Source: a virus. From it: a stretch of 64,000 nt of DNA. The notes beneath the pieces are model-generated. The model was not told the DNA's origin and made no database searches. It saw only the letters and a program-made list of their open reading frames with translations. How positions within the stretch are numbered: position 1 is the stretch's first letter; the number at the start of each line of letters is the position of its first letter. The stretch spans positions 1-64,000 of the IMG/VR virus record IMGVR_UViG_3300035698_021020. One strand, given 5' to 3'. Positions 40,346 through 49,562 of this stretch are shown here, piece after piece. Both the position numbers and the translations under genes were made by a program.

Positions 40346-40940
40346 AGTTCTCATATTAGGTAATGACCCACAAATAAATGATATTGATTTCGATCGACTT
40401 GATCCATCTATAATTACGCTTGGTGTTAATAGAATTTGGCTCAAATACATACCGAATTATTTCTTCTTCCATGATTGGGATATTGTTCATGAACTAAATC
40501 AGAATCCAGAGACGCTGGCTAAGCTTCGCGAGAATTCCACTATTTTCTCAAGCGATTGGTATAGATTCAACAAAAAACCAATACCAGCATGGTTAAGATT
40601 ATTGGATCGGCCACGTAGTAAAAAGAGTAATTTCCCAGATTCAGTAACTACGTCTATGTGGTTATTTAAGAATCACTATGCTGAGCATTTAGAGTGTACG
40701 TATTACATTGCTGGAGTCTCATTGAAGTGGCAAGAACCTAGTCATTTTTGGAAGACTATTCCAAATTATCAAACCAAGAATAAATTCAATAGCGTTTGGT
40801 ATAATCCTAGATTCGCAAAAACCTTACAGAATTTTAAAGCATTAGATGGAGCAAGATATCGAATGATATCAGTTAATTCTAATTCTAATCTTAATAAGAT
40901 GATGAGGCACGAAAGTATTGATACTCTCTACTTAAAGTGA
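40332..40940 (+). CDS. CstII-fold glycosyltransferase 3
   Basis: VLILGNDPQINDIDFDRL...LGVNR, resembling the CstII N-terminus; YIAGVSL. Confidence 0.6.
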   Translation: MKKTKVLILGNDPQINDIDFDRLDPSIITLGVNRIWLKYIPNYFFFHDWDIVHELNQNPETLAKLRENSTIFSSDWYRFNKKPIPAWLRLLDRPRSKKSNFPDSVTTSMWLFKNHYAEHLECTYYIAGVSLKWQEPSHFWKTIPNYQTKNKFNSVWYNPRFAKTLQNFKALDGARYRMISVNSNSNLNKMMRHESIDTLYLK

Positions 40941-41726
40941 GACTTTTACTGACTTAGAAAGAGTAGCTTCTTTAAATGCTTTTACTGCACTTGATAAAGC
41001 TCCTGGAGTAGTTGGCGTCTTAGCATCAATTGCTTGAGCCATGACTTCTAATAATAAGAATAACATATCTCCTAATACTGCTGGTCCAGTTACTGGATTA
41101 TGCCCAACTTTTACAAAATTTCCATTTATCCAAATATCATTTGATGATGCTTCTATTTCACTACCTGAAGTCATCTCAATTCTAGAATTAGAATTCATTG
41201 TGATATTACCGCCTCTAAATTCTAAGATCGACTGAGTTTCAGCATGTTCAACTGTGATTGCTTTATCTCTAGCTATGTTTATACGAGATCCTTTAAGCTC
41301 AATAGTTATTCCTTTACTTAACGAGAACCATACTTTTAGATCTTCATCTCCATCAAATAAGATAATATGTGAACCTAAATATTCTCCATCCTTATTCAAT
41401 TCTTCTTTAGCATCATCTGCTAATTCATGGATTGAATGGTATTCTGGAGAATATGGATTTCCACCATCAAATTTAACAACAACCACTGCTCCTTTCTTTG
41501 GAACTGATAATGATCCTGCCTTTCCTTCTTTTCCGAAGAATGCACTCTTTTGTTTTGGGTATGCCCAAGGTAAATCATTAGTGTCTTCGATATCATCGTG
41601 TAAACTAATGACTCTGACTCTAGCTCTTCCTTCTTTTCTTGGATCATTAGGATCCTCAATAATTCCTAAGAATTGTTTATCTAAAAGGTCTTGCTTTCGT
41701 ATGTTAATATCGTGATTATGATCCAT
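40932..41726 (-). CDS. Baseplate spike gp5/VgrG-like OB-fold protein
   Basis: DPRKEGRARVRV...LPWA...VP..G..V.V.F..G; beta-rich C-terminus. Confidence 0.8.
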   Translation of the reverse strand: MDHNHDINIRKQDLLDKQFLGIIEDPNDPRKEGRARVRVISLHDDIEDTNDLPWAYPKQKSAFFGKEGKAGSLSVPKKGAVVVVKFDGGNPYSPEYHSIHELADDAKEELNKDGEYLGSHIILFDGDEDLKVWFSLSKGITIELKGSRINIARDKAITVEHAETQSILEFRGGNITMNSNSRIEMTSGSEIEASSNDIWINGNFVKVGHNPVTGPAVLGDMLFLLLEVMAQAIDAKTPTTPGALSSAVKAFKEATLSKSVKVSL

Positions 41727-41747
41727 TTAATTCTTATACAATTTCTC

Positions 41748-42800
41748 TTAATACAGTTTTCCTAAATCTGTTACTGGTGGTTCTAAAAATGCACTTGCTG
41801 CACCTAATGCTGGATTTACGAAACTTCCAATTGAACCGAGCGCATTCATAACTTGTCCACCTGCATTTGCTATATCATCTCCAATAACTGGTAATCCAGA
41901 TAGGAAAGATGCAGCATTTGTTGCAAGTGCTCCAATGTTTCTAGCGCCACTCCATGGGTTATTAATTGAAGATTTCAATAAATTGTCATATAGCTTTGTT
42001 CCATCTGCATATTTACTTTCTTCTTCAAAATATCCAACATTTATCTTAAATAGATTAGTCTCTTGATCTTTAACTGTGTCTACACTTATATCACGACCAC
42101 CTGCAAATGTTTCTGAAAAATCAAAGGTACATTGTCGACATTTGAATTTCACATATCCATAACTTTGAAGGACGTTAGATAGGATGTTTCCACCTCCAAC
42201 GATGTTTCCTAAATCTGCTGTATTTACTCCTAACGCGTTTGCTGCTTGTTGCGTTACTCCAGGAAGTCTGAATCTCATATTTCTAGCTTCAGCCACATAT
42301 ATATCCATTGAGAACCATTGTAAATTGTCTGGAACACGTTCTCTCATGAATTGCTTGTCATAAACTGCATTTCGATATAAATCAGCCAGTCTGTTTATTC
42401 TAAGATCAACCGCTTCAAGAGTTTCTATCTCAATAACTGCTTCCATTCCTTTTTGTGCAGCTTCTATATTTGTTCCCTTTTGCCATAGATCTCGTAATCC
42501 AGTTATACTTTGGAAATACCATGGTGCATTAAACGTCAAATAACTAAGAGTCTCTTTGAATACTTTTAGGTTATTTGCTTTGTCTGCGTATTGTCGATTT
42601 ATCAAGAAATTAATGGCGCTATCTTTGCTTTCTCCAAACAATGGAGATTGCCATAAATGGTTATCGACAAGTGAGGTTGGTATACCTTCAAAATTAAAGT
42701 CAATAGCGAAAGTTAGGAACGTAGGCTCATCATATGGATCTGTGAAAAAACCCTTTCTAAAATTATTAGTTTTATTTTTTATTCCTATAAAATTATGCAT
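41748..42800 (-). CDS. Putative baseplate/tube-associated structural protein
   Basis: Position in the baseplate cluster; PWYFQSITGL. Confidence 0.5.
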   Translation of the reverse strand: MHNFIGIKNKTNNFRKGFFTDPYDEPTFLTFAIDFNFEGIPTSLVDNHLWQSPLFGESKDSAINFLINRQYADKANNLKVFKETLSYLTFNAPWYFQSITGLRDLWQKGTNIEAAQKGMEAVIEIETLEAVDLRINRLADLYRNAVYDKQFMRERVPDNLQWFSMDIYVAEARNMRFRLPGVTQQAANALGVNTADLGNIVGGGNILSNVLQSYGYVKFKCRQCTFDFSETFAGGRDISVDTVKDQETNLFKINVGYFEEESKYADGTKLYDNLLKSSINNPWSGARNIGALATNAASFLSGLPVIGDDIANAGGQVMNALGSIGSFVNPALGAASAFLEPPVTDLGKLY

Positions 42801-42801
42801 C

Positions 42802-44322
42802 TCATTCTGTTATTTTTGATGGCTTCCATTCTCTCCTTGACAGAAATAATTCAGTCTTTAATGGACTAGCACTAAGTACATCATAATGATATTTGGTTCC
42901 ACTTAGGAAATAAAATCCAGTAAGTTGCTCATCAGATACTTCTTTAGCTAAATCAATATCAGGTATTTGTTCAACATCTTTGTCAGGTTTATTTAATCCA
43001 GTAGATGTCTTGAATAATTTTTGTGCTTGATGCATCGTTACATATATAGGAACGGCAAATCCTCTAGATACTTGAAAATTGATATTCTTATTTACTGCAC
43101 GCAATTTTAGCTTATCTAATTCTTGGATATTATGTCTATTTAATAATCTGGCTGCATTCCATTCTGGGTGAGTATTTCCATAATCTATGCACATCCATTT
43201 AGTCGATGTATTAGTAATTAGTGCTTCTTCATCAGGTATCAAGAAGTTATCATTATCTCTATCTTCAGATTTTAATGGTTCAATAAAGAAATTAGTAAAC
43301 TTCTTAGCTGGTTCACTATCATTTTTTAAATGATCATAATAATATACCTCTTTTTTATATCCTTGATTTCGAATTATTCTTCCATGATCAGAAGCTAATG
43401 CTAATTCATATATGAAATTAGAATCTGATTTTCTTTGCATCTCAGTCGTCAGATAATTGTAAATTACAGTATCTTCGATAGTTTCACGAATTGCACCAGT
43501 TTGTTCAACTGCAGCTTGGCTTAAATCTTTCATTAAAGAATTAGAAGATGTGACGAAAGTATCTTGCATTTCTTCTATTTTCAATTGAGAATTTACCTCT
43601 ATGAAATTCAGATAGTAATACTTATCTATAAATGCAATAAAGAATGAATCATCATTTTGATATGCATGGTCTGCAATCTCTTGCATTAATTCACAATAAC
43701 TCAAGTTAGCATTTACCCAAGTCATCTTATCATTAGTTGTATATTCATTCTCAGCAAAACCTAGACCAAGTTCATCACATATCTTTATTAGGGCACGCTT
43801 TGAGGTCATATTAGCATAGCTCACTGCAGTCAAATCATAAAGATGTGGTATATACAGTTCTCCTTTTACCATGTACGTGGTGCTAGATCCTGCAGCAGAA
43901 TCAGTTCCATTATATGATCTCGGCATTGCCTTCATACTTGTTATAATAAAGTCACAACGAATAGGCTTAAATTTTTCACTTCCAGATTTTAAATAGACAT
44001 TCATGATTAAATTAGTCTTAGGGTAATAATCACCAGCGAATTCGCCTAATTCATCAATAAATATCATACTTATCTTAGGAAGAAACCCAGTCTCGTCAAT
44101 AGTTAATGTTTCTATTTTAGAAAGAGGTTGTCCACTTATTTTAACGTATGGCTTATTAGCACCAGTTTTCTGACCAGTACTTGGCTTATCTTTATTGTCT
44201 ACTCTAGAAGTATTACTATTGCCATCATTATTTGAACCAGCTTTAGAAGTATCAAGTTCAGTTAATGACTTTAGAGGTATTTTAGGAAGTAATGTTCCTT
44301 TTATTGCTTGATTAAATGACAT
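42802..44322 (-). CDS. Putative baseplate hub protein (gp27-like)
   Basis: ICDELGLGF, FIDKYYYLNF, QLTGFYF; context between gp53-like and gp5-like genes. Confidence 0.55.
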   Translation of the reverse strand: MSFNQAIKGTLLPKIPLKSLTELDTSKAGSNNDGNSNTSRVDNKDKPSTGQKTGANKPYVKISGQPLSKIETLTIDETGFLPKISMIFIDELGEFAGDYYPKTNLIMNVYLKSGSEKFKPIRCDFIITSMKAMPRSYNGTDSAAGSSTTYMVKGELYIPHLYDLTAVSYANMTSKRALIKICDELGLGFAENEYTTNDKMTWVNANLSYCELMQEIADHAYQNDDSFFIAFIDKYYYLNFIEVNSQLKIEEMQDTFVTSSNSLMKDLSQAAVEQTGAIRETIEDTVIYNYLTTEMQRKSDSNFIYELALASDHGRIIRNQGYKKEVYYYDHLKNDSEPAKKFTNFFIEPLKSEDRDNDNFLIPDEEALITNTSTKWMCIDYGNTHPEWNAARLLNRHNIQELDKLKLRAVNKNINFQVSRGFAVPIYVTMHQAQKLFKTSTGLNKPDKDVEQIPDIDLAKEVSDEQLTGFYFLSGTKYHYDVLSASPLKTELFLSRREWKPSKITE

Positions 44323-44909
44323 TAAAATAAATTAGCTTTAGTCAATTGTTGAATAAGTCTAGCTCTAGATATTGGAACTGGACAATTATCTTTATTAATG
44401 GATGTAACATCTTCGCCAAATATAACCTTTCCATCTCTTACTTTTACATTCTTGTTTCCAGAAGTATTAACATTCGGTGGAACTACTTCAGATACTTTGG
44501 CTTTAATTGCGTCAAGGCGTTTTTTATCTTTTACGTTCTTTGGCTTAAGAAGTTTATCTCCATTACTTTGAGTTGTTCCTCTTCCTTTTTCTACAATTAT
44601 CTTTGCTGGTCTAATTAATGAATCTAACTTACTAATAATTGGAGTTATTAGGAATTCTCCAGGCATAAGCGAAAATGGATTTGATATTCCATTATATTTC
44701 AATAGCACATCCCAATACTTATGATCAGCGTAAATTCTGTCACTAGTTAAATCAGGACGGCCAGCTTCATCTTCAGAAACCATCGTAAATCCTCCAGCAG
44801 TTTGGCCTGAACCTAAGAAACTAAATGTCGCACTAATTAAGTCAACAATAGTTTCTCCGTTTGCTTTTGTGAAAAGTCTTTTACTTCTTAATAATTTCGA
44901 TAGTAACAT
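44322..44909 (-). CDS. Baseplate wedge gp53/LysM-like protein
   Basis: RPDLTSDRIY...WDVLLKYNGISNPFSL. Confidence 0.75.
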   Translation of the reverse strand: MLLSKLLRSKRLFTKANGETIVDLISATFSFLGSGQTAGGFTMVSEDEAGRPDLTSDRIYADHKYWDVLLKYNGISNPFSLMPGEFLITPIISKLDSLIRPAKIIVEKGRGTTQSNGDKLLKPKNVKDKKRLDAIKAKVSEVVPPNVNTSGNKNVKVRDGKVIFGEDVTSINKDNCPVPISRARLIQQLTKANLF

Positions 44910-46804
44910 TATTCTTTAGTTTTTAAGTCTTTGAAATATCCAACTAGTACTGGTGATTGAGCAAAAGATTCACCATATGCACTTCTTATTCTAGGTCTCC
45001 AAGCGTCTGCCATTTGTTCAGCTGGAGGCAAACCGCTCGAAGTATTTGCATTTTCTGGTGTTCCAGGATTATTAACTGTTGTTACATTTTGAGTAGCATC
45101 AACTGATCCTCCTGCTCCTCTAGAATCAGCAGTTTCACTGATTACTTTATCTTTATCTCCTTGTGATTGATATGCACTAGACGGAGGAGGCAATGGTGAG
45201 AAATACATTTTACCGCCACCTAAGTTGAATATTGATTCTATATCTTGTTTTGCTCTAGGTCTTCCATGTTTCAAATTTACTGTGAACGTGACTTCAGTCG
45301 GTACATCATCTAGTCCAAGTTCTTCATTGAATGTAATAGTTGTGTTATACACAAGAAGATTTCCTATTGTTGCAAATGGATTCATTGGGTTGCCCACAGT
45401 TAAGTGCCATTCACCTACTGCTCTACCATCTAAAAATGATCTCATCGTTAGTGGTACTTGCATTAAGTTTTGTACCCAAGAACCGGCTAGATTCTGAGCT
45501 CCGCCATTATTTCTTAGTGACTCTGTAATAGCACCTTCATCTTTATTATTAATTCCAGTTCCAATATCGTCAATTAACTTCTTAGTGTCTTCAAGTTGAT
45601 TTTTTATAGTTGCTGCAATATATGCAATTACTTCTTTTATTCCTCCAATATAATCTCCTTTTTCAAATAATGTAGTTGGTAATCCAGGTAGAATATATCC
45701 AGTCTTTTGGAAATATCGAGTAGATCCGCCCCAAAATTCTGCAGAATTATGTGTTAAGGCTAGGAAGTTAGATATTAGGTCCAACATAGCCACCTTTGGA
45801 TTAACATTACCCCAACTTCTGAGCTTATATGTGAACTTTAATGCAATATCATTAGTGAAATCAAATCCTCGATCTCTAATAGTAGTTTCATGAATAACAT
45901 TAACAGGACCAAGTACTCTATTCCAATATGGTCCAGTATCTCCATATGATTCTTTTACCCAGGTCTGCATCTTCTCATCATATCCAGTAGCTTCATATGG
46001 ATTATTTGGATTATCAAAAACAGTTGCTAGTAATATATTTCTAACTGTTTCATTCTCAGCTTGAGTAATACCTACTGCATCAAGTAATGCTCCAGCATCT
46101 ACTTCATTTCCTTGTACATCCTTAACATCAGCTGTTTTCTTAGCCCATTTGAATCCATAATTTATTCCTAAGACTTCACCAATTTTATTTCCAGATTCTC
46201 CGCCCCACCAGGTAACGGCTTGAGCTAATGGAATAAGAGGCATCTCTTTATCTGCTTGTTGTAGGTTATCATCCACTGGAATAGGATACCTACGCAAAGT
46301 GAGTAATCGGTTATTTGGAATCTTTCCATAATACTTACACCATAAGAAATCGTTTAATTGATATGGTGTTGGTCCTAAGATAGTTCCACTAATATTATCA
46401 CCTGCTCCATTTTTGGCCCAACGAATAATTTCAGTAGCAGTTGGATTTTCTACAATATGCTTATAATCTGAACTTTGTACGCTAGGTCCTCTATTAGTTC
46501 CTGGTGCTATTTCACTAAGATCTCTGTGATTCTCTGGATAATATTGTTTTCCATCAGTTGATCCATATTTAGCATATCTAAACATGTATAATGGATTAAA
46601 CATAGATGGAGTAGCAATTAAAGGAATTGCATTTGCGCCTAATGCTCCTTCTACTGCATCTCCAGTAGCAGCATAGGCACTATCTACTTGTTGAAACGTC
46701 GAATCATCAACATTCTGGAGTATATTCGTAGTCGCAGAAGGAGTATCTACTACTTGTCCTATTGTGTTTTGCGCTGCGATTATATTTGGATTTCCAGCCA
46801 TCAA
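44909..46804 (-). CDS. Putative baseplate/tail tube initiator protein
   Basis: Late box at 46811-46825; C-terminal tube-like GNPMNP...PTEVTFTVNL. Confidence 0.5.
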   Translation of the reverse strand: MMAGNPNIIAAQNTIGQVVDTPSATTNILQNVDDSTFQQVDSAYAATGDAVEGALGANAIPLIATPSMFNPLYMFRYAKYGSTDGKQYYPENHRDLSEIAPGTNRGPSVQSSDYKHIVENPTATEIIRWAKNGAGDNISGTILGPTPYQLNDFLWCKYYGKIPNNRLLTLRRYPIPVDDNLQQADKEMPLIPLAQAVTWWGGESGNKIGEVLGINYGFKWAKKTADVKDVQGNEVDAGALLDAVGITQAENETVRNILLATVFDNPNNPYEATGYDEKMQTWVKESYGDTGPYWNRVLGPVNVIHETTIRDRGFDFTNDIALKFTYKLRSWGNVNPKVAMLDLISNFLALTHNSAEFWGGSTRYFQKTGYILPGLPTTLFEKGDYIGGIKEVIAYIAATIKNQLEDTKKLIDDIGTGINNKDEGAITESLRNNGGAQNLAGSWVQNLMQVPLTMRSFLDGRAVGEWHLTVGNPMNPFATIGNLLVYNTTITFNEELGLDDVPTEVTFTVNLKHGRPRAKQDIESIFNLGGGKMYFSPLPPPSSAYQSQGDKDKVISETADSRGAGGSVDATQNVTTVNNPGTPENANTSSGLPPAEQMADAWRPRIRSAYGESFAQSPVLVGYFKDLKTKE

Positions 46805-46847
46805 GTATGCTTTTTATTATTTATCGAAAAGGAGAAATAATAGCCGA

Positions 46848-48455
46848 TTAAGATCTCTTGCTCTTAGAACTTATAAAATCATCAAAAGTAACAATTACTC
46901 TTTTCTTCTTCTTTACAGCTTTCTTCTTCTTTCCAGGACCAGCTTGTGACATTTTATCCATATCAGATACAATTGCATCTGGGGTTTGTAACAATTGTCC
47001 TGGAGCAGAACCGCTGTCTGGATTCATTACAGTCTCACCACCACCTCCGTTTCCCATTGGAGTCATTTGCTCTTTGACTTCTTCTTTAGGAGTCATTGCT
47101 TTTTCAATTGATCTACCGGTTTGTTTTCCACCAATGATGGATCCAGTTCCTTTAGCTAATTGAGTTATTCCACTCCAAACAGCTAAGTTTCTTTTTCTAG
47201 CTTTTTGAGCAAAGGCTTCATCTCCTCTATCTGGTTGACTTCCGACTAATCCTTTAAGTATGCTTCCTACTCCAGATAAAAGATTACGCAATGGGCTCTC
47301 TTTTATTCGATCTTTTTCTGAAACAGCTAATTTGACTGCAGTATATAATGGAAGTACTATTTCTGGTGATAATTGAATACCTCCGAAGTTTCCAAGGTTA
47401 AAATCTCGTGAAAGATAATAATTCTTGATCTCTTTATTCTTCTCAGTAACAGTATCTTCTAGCCTAGTTACGTAATTTTGTTCTGAACGTACGTCCAATT
47501 CACCATCTTTAGTGCTTTTTATGTAACTTAGCATCCAAGAACGCGATGAATTAAGATAAACCAACTGATCTTCTTCTTCTGAGCTTTCTGAGACTCTTGC
47601 AGTTCGACTAAAGTCGATATATTTAGCTTTTGTGTTACCAAATACGTATTTTTGCAATGCTAAGTCCATCCAAGGCGTATTTCTGCGTTCTAGGGCCTTA
47701 AATAGCTTAAAATAATCACCAGGAACTTCAATTTTACGATTTGCTAATGCTGGGAGTTGAGAAATACTTATTGCACGTATTAATCTTGCAATAATACGCT
47801 TTTTACGCTTAATTGTAAGATTCTTGTCTATTGGGATTTTTCTTTCCTTAGTTTCAAGACTTTTTGACAAAGCTTGAGTCATTAATCCAATCATAGTCAG
47901 CATATCTCTATGTAGATCTATTTTCTCTTGACTATCCGGCTTCTCAGGTATCTCCTGAATACTCTTGTCCTCTAATGTTATGATATTATTGAATGGAGTA
48001 ACTGCTCCTTCCCTGCTTATATCAATGATCTTCTGGATATGACCCTTAGCTTCTTTATACATAGTAATCGATTCAAAGACTACATGGTCTATCTGCCCAA
48101 CCAATAAATTGTGAACCTTTAATAATCGTTCAGCAGAATGACTAAGCTTATTGATTAGGCCCATGAATGTGAGCTGGTCTTTCTCTCTATCTAAAACTGT
48201 GATTTCTTTTTCTAAACTAATTGCAATATCTTTTTCAGATGTTGCATATGTTTCTAAGAAATCGATCTTGTCTTTACTAACTACAGTATAAAATAATTCG
48301 TCTAATCCAGTATTAGTTGGATTATCGAAATATTCCAATGGAATAGAATCAAATGAAGTATTGAACCCTTGTATTGAGGCACTAACTGCATCTTTATCTT
48401 TAATGCTTCCACCTATCTTTGAAATAATATGCTGAATGATCGACTTAAAATCCAT
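46848..48455 (-). CDS. Hypothetical late protein
   Basis: 535 aa ORF; late box at about 48469-48479. Confidence 0.6.
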   Translation of the reverse strand: MDFKSIIQHIISKIGGSIKDKDAVSASIQGFNTSFDSIPLEYFDNPTNTGLDELFYTVVSKDKIDFLETYATSEKDIAISLEKEITVLDREKDQLTFMGLINKLSHSAERLLKVHNLLVGQIDHVVFESITMYKEAKGHIQKIIDISREGAVTPFNNIITLEDKSIQEIPEKPDSQEKIDLHRDMLTMIGLMTQALSKSLETKERKIPIDKNLTIKRKKRIIARLIRAISISQLPALANRKIEVPGDYFKLFKALERRNTPWMDLALQKYVFGNTKAKYIDFSRTARVSESSEEEDQLVYLNSSRSWMLSYIKSTKDGELDVRSEQNYVTRLEDTVTEKNKEIKNYYLSRDFNLGNFGGIQLSPEIVLPLYTAVKLAVSEKDRIKESPLRNLLSGVGSILKGLVGSQPDRGDEAFAQKARKRNLAVWSGITQLAKGTGSIIGGKQTGRSIEKAMTPKEEVKEQMTPMGNGGGGETVMNPDSGSAPGQLLQTPDAIVSDMDKMSQAGPGKKKKAVKKKKRVIVTFDDFISSKSKRS

Positions 48456-48469
48456 ATAGAAGGTTTTGT

Positions 48470-48667
48470 TTATTTATTCGTCTTGAAATCGTTATATGGT
48501 TTTACATAGAGATGCTTATTTACGTTTCTCTTCATATATGAATATACTGAAGTTTCTTCATCTTCTTCAGGGTGCTGTAATACTGCATTTTGAAGTTTAG
48601 CTTTTCCTCGTCTATAATCTCTAAAATTCTTCCAACTTGGATCTTGTTTTATTGGCTTCTTTCCCAT
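48470..48667 (-). CDS. Small basic late protein
   Basis: GATAAATAA at 48683-48691 upstream. Confidence 0.5.
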   Translation of the reverse strand: MGKKPIKQDPSWKNFRDYRRGKAKLQNAVLQHPEEDEETSVYSYMKRNVNKHLYVKPYNDFKTNK

Positions 48668-48737
48668 GTGTCAAGCTTTAGGTTATTTATCAGAAGACTA
48701 TCATATCATGCTGATAAATAATAAAAATCATTACAAT

Positions 48738-49562
48738 ATGCTACTTACCTCTTTTACTGAATGGAAAGCGAAACTGTTCGAAAGTGACAAAGCTGATAAG
48801 ACTTCTGAGATAACGCTTACTGATATTTGGAGAGGATATGATGTTTTAAAATTTGGAGCTAGACAGATATCGCCAACCTCGGCACTAAAGACGATTCAGA
48901 AAAAAATATTGATAAATTTGAATGGTAATCCTAAAAATAAGGATTGGGCAATTAAGAACAAATTTACAGTAGATGGAGACTTTGGTAAAACTACTGCAGC
49001 TGCTTTAGGCATGGTGTTAACAGGAAAGCCATTCACGGATCCTACTAATCTTTCAATAGGACCAAACACATTAAAGAAATTAGGCTTCCTAGAGCCACCT
49101 AAATATTCATTAGATGTAACATTAATGGCTACAACTCTAGTAGTTGAAGCTGGTGGAGGAGGAAAGAAAGAAATACAAGCAATAAGTAACGTGATTGCTA
49201 ATAGAGTAGTAGCTAGAAAGAAATATTCAGCAATCCAAATAATATTAGAAAAGGGTCAATTCTCTCTATGGAATCCATATGATAGATCATCAAAGGATAA
49301 ATTATTAAATAGTGCTATGCGTCATTGGAGGCCAGAAAATAAGAAGAATTGGAAATATTCAGTAAATATGGCCAAAACTATTTTAAATAAAGCGGCCTTT
49401 GAAGATAATACTAGAGGAGCGACTCACTATTTTAATAAAGAAATCGTTTTTCCAAAATGGGCTAAAGTTCCTACTTGGAAAAAGCACGAGACTGGATTAA
49501 TTCATACATTCGGCAGAGATACTTCAGTATCATGGGCTAAAAACCCAGTATTAAGAGCTTAA
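48738..49562 (+). CDS. SleB-like cell wall hydrolase (Hydrolase_2) with peptidoglycan-binding-like N-domain
   Basis: VDGDFGKTT; EAGG...AISNVIANRV...GQFS...TRGATHY; start re-assigned to the ATG after late box 48713-48727. Confidence 0.8.
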   Translation: MLLTSFTEWKAKLFESDKADKTSEITLTDIWRGYDVLKFGARQISPTSALKTIQKKILINLNGNPKNKDWAIKNKFTVDGDFGKTTAAALGMVLTGKPFTDPTNLSIGPNTLKKLGFLEPPKYSLDVTLMATTLVVEAGGGGKKEIQAISNVIANRVVARKKYSAIQIILEKGQFSLWNPYDRSSKDKLLNSAMRHWRPENKKNWKYSVNMAKTILNKAAFEDNTRGATHYFNKEIVFPKWAKVPTWKKHETGLIHTFGRDTSVSWAKNPVLRA

